64,000 nt of DNA, taken from IMG/VR virus record IMGVR_UViG_3300030372_003954, positions 7,211 to 71,210 of that record, one strand, 5' to 3'. Shown here in pieces: positions 61,856 through 64,000 of this stretch. Below the pieces are notes generated by a model that searched no databases, had not been told where the DNA came from, and saw only the letters and a list, made by a program, of their open reading frames with translations. The DNA comes from a virus (lineage: Duplodnaviria > Caudoviricetes). Made by a program: the position numbers and the translations under genes. Positions within the stretch are counted from its first letter, which is position 1. The number at the start of each line of letters is the position of its first letter.

Positions 61856-63958
61856 ATGAAAACTCAAAAGATTTTGTTTGCTCCGCTTCGAGGCATCGAC
61901 GACTCCTATCGCCCCAGTCAGAATCCTCCCAAGGCTCTTAGGATTCGCGACATGCGATACAACCAAAAGGACGCCTGGGAAAACTCGGGGGGGTACAAAG
62001 TATTGGTGCCGGACGACATTGAGGGCGTACCAGCCTGGAACTCGTTCAGTGAGATTGAGAGTGTGCATTGGTTTTCGCAGCACTCAGGAAACAGGCAGCA
62101 CCTTGTGTTTGAAGCATTCGATGGTACTGACATGAGGCTTTACGTTTTCGATGGTTCTTTATCGACCACAGTAAAGTGGCGGCCCCTTGTTAAGGCTGAC
62201 GGAACAAATTCAGATGCCCGAACAAGAGTAGAAGCCCCTCATCTTCGCACTATGTCTTTTGCGTTTGGTGGACGCCTGTATCTTTTCAACGGCAAAGATC
62301 CGCCCTTGGTTTTCAATGGTCGATACGTTGAGCAGGCGGGTTTCGATGGAAGACCCGCAGCCCCCATGGGAGAGTCTCTACGGAAAGGAGTGACAGGAAT
62401 CAAAACGATGGGCTTGGGTAGAAGACCAGCCGTCAGTAGCTCCCCCGGCGCAGACGATCCGATTAGAGACTTTGGTTATCGGTATAAGGTGACTTTTATA
62501 AACGAAAGAGGACAGGAAGGCCCTCCGTCTGATGCCTCATCATTAGTCGTGGGGGAAAACGATCAAAACGGCAAACGAAAGTTCGCAATCGTTAGTATCC
62601 CCAGAGGTGGAGAAGGCATTGTTGCTCGTAGAATCTACAGGACCCGTCAGTGTTTAGACACAAGTGGGGACATGCTCAGCCGAGCTATTGGAACGAGCTT
62701 TTACTTTCTCACAGAAATATCCAACAACGTGCAGACATCTTTCGAAGACGGAGTACAAGACGCATTTCTGGGACCATTGCTTGATGAGGATGATTTTGGA
62801 ACGTGGCCAGCAGCAGCGACCATGGGTGCCGTATTCAAAAATCGAGTGTTCTTGGCAGGAAACCAAAGCACCGACGTTAGGTTTTCCGCAGTTCTTAGGC
62901 CAGAGGTGTATCCCGTTGCTAACATCTTGAGTTTCGGACAAGATGAGTGCGGTCAAGTCACGGGCCTGTACACATCACAAAACGCTCTTGTCGTCTTCAA
63001 ACAGCGTGGTGTTTTCTTAGTAAAGAGCGAAGACACAAATGACGGCAGTTTTTTCTCTGCTCAAAACATTTCGAGAGATGTTGGCTGTATCGCTGCAAAC
63101 TCTATTGCCGAAGTGCCTGGAGTAGGAGTCTTCTTTTTAGGTCAAGATGGCGTTTATGCAATCGAAGGCAGTCTCGAAAGTGGGCAAGGAAACTTGCGTA
63201 TCATTCGATACTCCTCTCCGATTACAAACCTTGTCAAACGAATCAACGGGGCGGCAGCGGTACAGGCTTGTGGCACATACTATCCAGAGGACAAAGAGTA
63301 CTGGCTCTCTGTGCCTGTCGATGGAAGCGACAAGAACAACTTTGTTTTGGTTTACCATGGCAACATTGGTTCTTGGTCTTTCCGAGAGAACTACCCTATT
63401 GCCGATGCCATCATTACCCAAGACCATCGCGGTTATTACATTTTCGGATCGAATGACTCGAACAACAAAGGGCTCCATCTTTACTGCCGGGGTGCCTCCT
63501 CGAAAGGAACAAATGCGGCTACTCAAAGCATTGAGCCTCTATGGGAAACAACTGACTTAGACTTCAATGGACCCTTTGCAGCATTCAATCCTAAGTATGT
63601 AGTTTGTGACATCATTGGCTACGGAGACAATGATTTTGAAATGAACTACCGAGTCAACCGAAACATTACAACCGTGCAGACTGCCAAGTCTGTAGATCAA
63701 CAAGACCTGACGAATGTCTATTCTGTGTACGACACGGCAACTTGGTCATCGGACAGCCAATGGTATGAGCACAGACCTATACCGATTCGGTTTGACATTA
63801 CTACTTCGGGACAGCCCGCGTGTCGTGAGTTGCGATTAACCTTCGAATCTGCTGGCAGAAGAATGCAGGTTCTAAGTTTTCAGATTGGTGTGGTTGCTGG
63901 GGCCCCTTACGAAAAGGTCATTCCGGTTAGCTCGGTTGTTGAGGAGCAAAGAGGCTGA
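61856..63958 (+). CDS. Tail nozzle / stabilisation protein (P22 gp10-like)
   Basis: 700-aa beta-propeller-like protein; F.NRVFLAG; SRDVGCIA.NSI; VFFLGQDGVY; LVYH...GSWS. Confidence 0.75.
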   Translation: MKTQKILFAPLRGIDDSYRPSQNPPKALRIRDMRYNQKDAWENSGGYKVLVPDDIEGVPAWNSFSEIESVHWFSQHSGNRQHLVFEAFDGTDMRLYVFDGSLSTTVKWRPLVKADGTNSDARTRVEAPHLRTMSFAFGGRLYLFNGKDPPLVFNGRYVEQAGFDGRPAAPMGESLRKGVTGIKTMGLGRRPAVSSSPGADDPIRDFGYRYKVTFINERGQEGPPSDASSLVVGENDQNGKRKFAIVSIPRGGEGIVARRIYRTRQCLDTSGDMLSRAIGTSFYFLTEISNNVQTSFEDGVQDAFLGPLLDEDDFGTWPAAATMGAVFKNRVFLAGNQSTDVRFSAVLRPEVYPVANILSFGQDECGQVTGLYTSQNALVVFKQRGVFLVKSEDTNDGSFFSAQNISRDVGCIAANSIAEVPGVGVFFLGQDGVYAIEGSLESGQGNLRIIRYSSPITNLVKRINGAAAVQACGTYYPEDKEYWLSVPVDGSDKNNFVLVYHGNIGSWSFRENYPIADAIITQDHRGYYIFGSNDSNNKGLHLYCRGASSKGTNAATQSIEPLWETTDLDFNGPFAAFNPKYVVCDIIGYGDNDFEMNYRVNRNITTVQTAKSVDQQDLTNVYSVYDTATWSSDSQWYEHRPIPIRFDITTSGQPACRELRLTFESAGRRMQVLSFQIGVVAGAPYEKVIPVSSVVEEQRG

Positions 63959-64000
63959 TGGCTTGGAAATATGTAAAACGAGACTTTCAAGCTGGAGACA
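63958..64000 (+). CDS. 3'-truncated next virion gene (MAWKYVKRDFQAGD...)
   Basis: TGATG coupling with the nozzle stop; AGAGG RBS. Confidence 0.6.
   Translation, partial: MAWKYVKRDFQAGD

Noticed and set aside
1-64000. Stop-codon reassignment or capsid frameshift
   Set aside because: TAG, TGA and TAA all end genes cleanly with tight coupling; long genes are intact; no slippery site at the MCP end
1-64000. CRISPR array, integrase, IS, intein or intron in conserved genes
   Set aside because: No repeat-spacer periodicity or recombinase motifs; dnaB, terL and MCP are of ordinary length

Overview
The window is most of a tailed dsDNA phage genome, cut inside the virion gene region at both ends. 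Podovirus-like morphology is inferred from a nozzle-like protein, a head-tail adaptor, a giant internal protein and no tape measure or sheath. 1-22966 (+): a 4222-aa giant protein, fibre and accessory virion proteins, holin-like ORFs, two DUF2589-like genes around five Lys-rich microproteins, and an endolysin. 23106-29056: RecT/YqaJ recombination, an XRE regulator, a RuvC-like resolvase, an iteron-containing initiator, DnaB and tRNA-Asn. 29161-42182 (mostly -): a long array of small early genes sharing a GAGGCAAC ribosome-binding motif, interrupted by a second iteron array with an AT-rich tract and by structured RNA-like spacers. 42259-43470: non-coding, containing a ~640-nt densely base-paired segment with its own sigma70-like promoter (best candidate for a new large ncRNA) and a G-run region. 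43476-46328 (-): small genes, a Dam-family methylase and SSB. 46419-64000 (+): terminase, portal, scaffold, major capsid, adaptor, lytic transglycosylase and nozzle. No integrase, DNA polymerase, primase or CRISPR array was seen. All family assignments come from motif recognition by eye; no database search was run.
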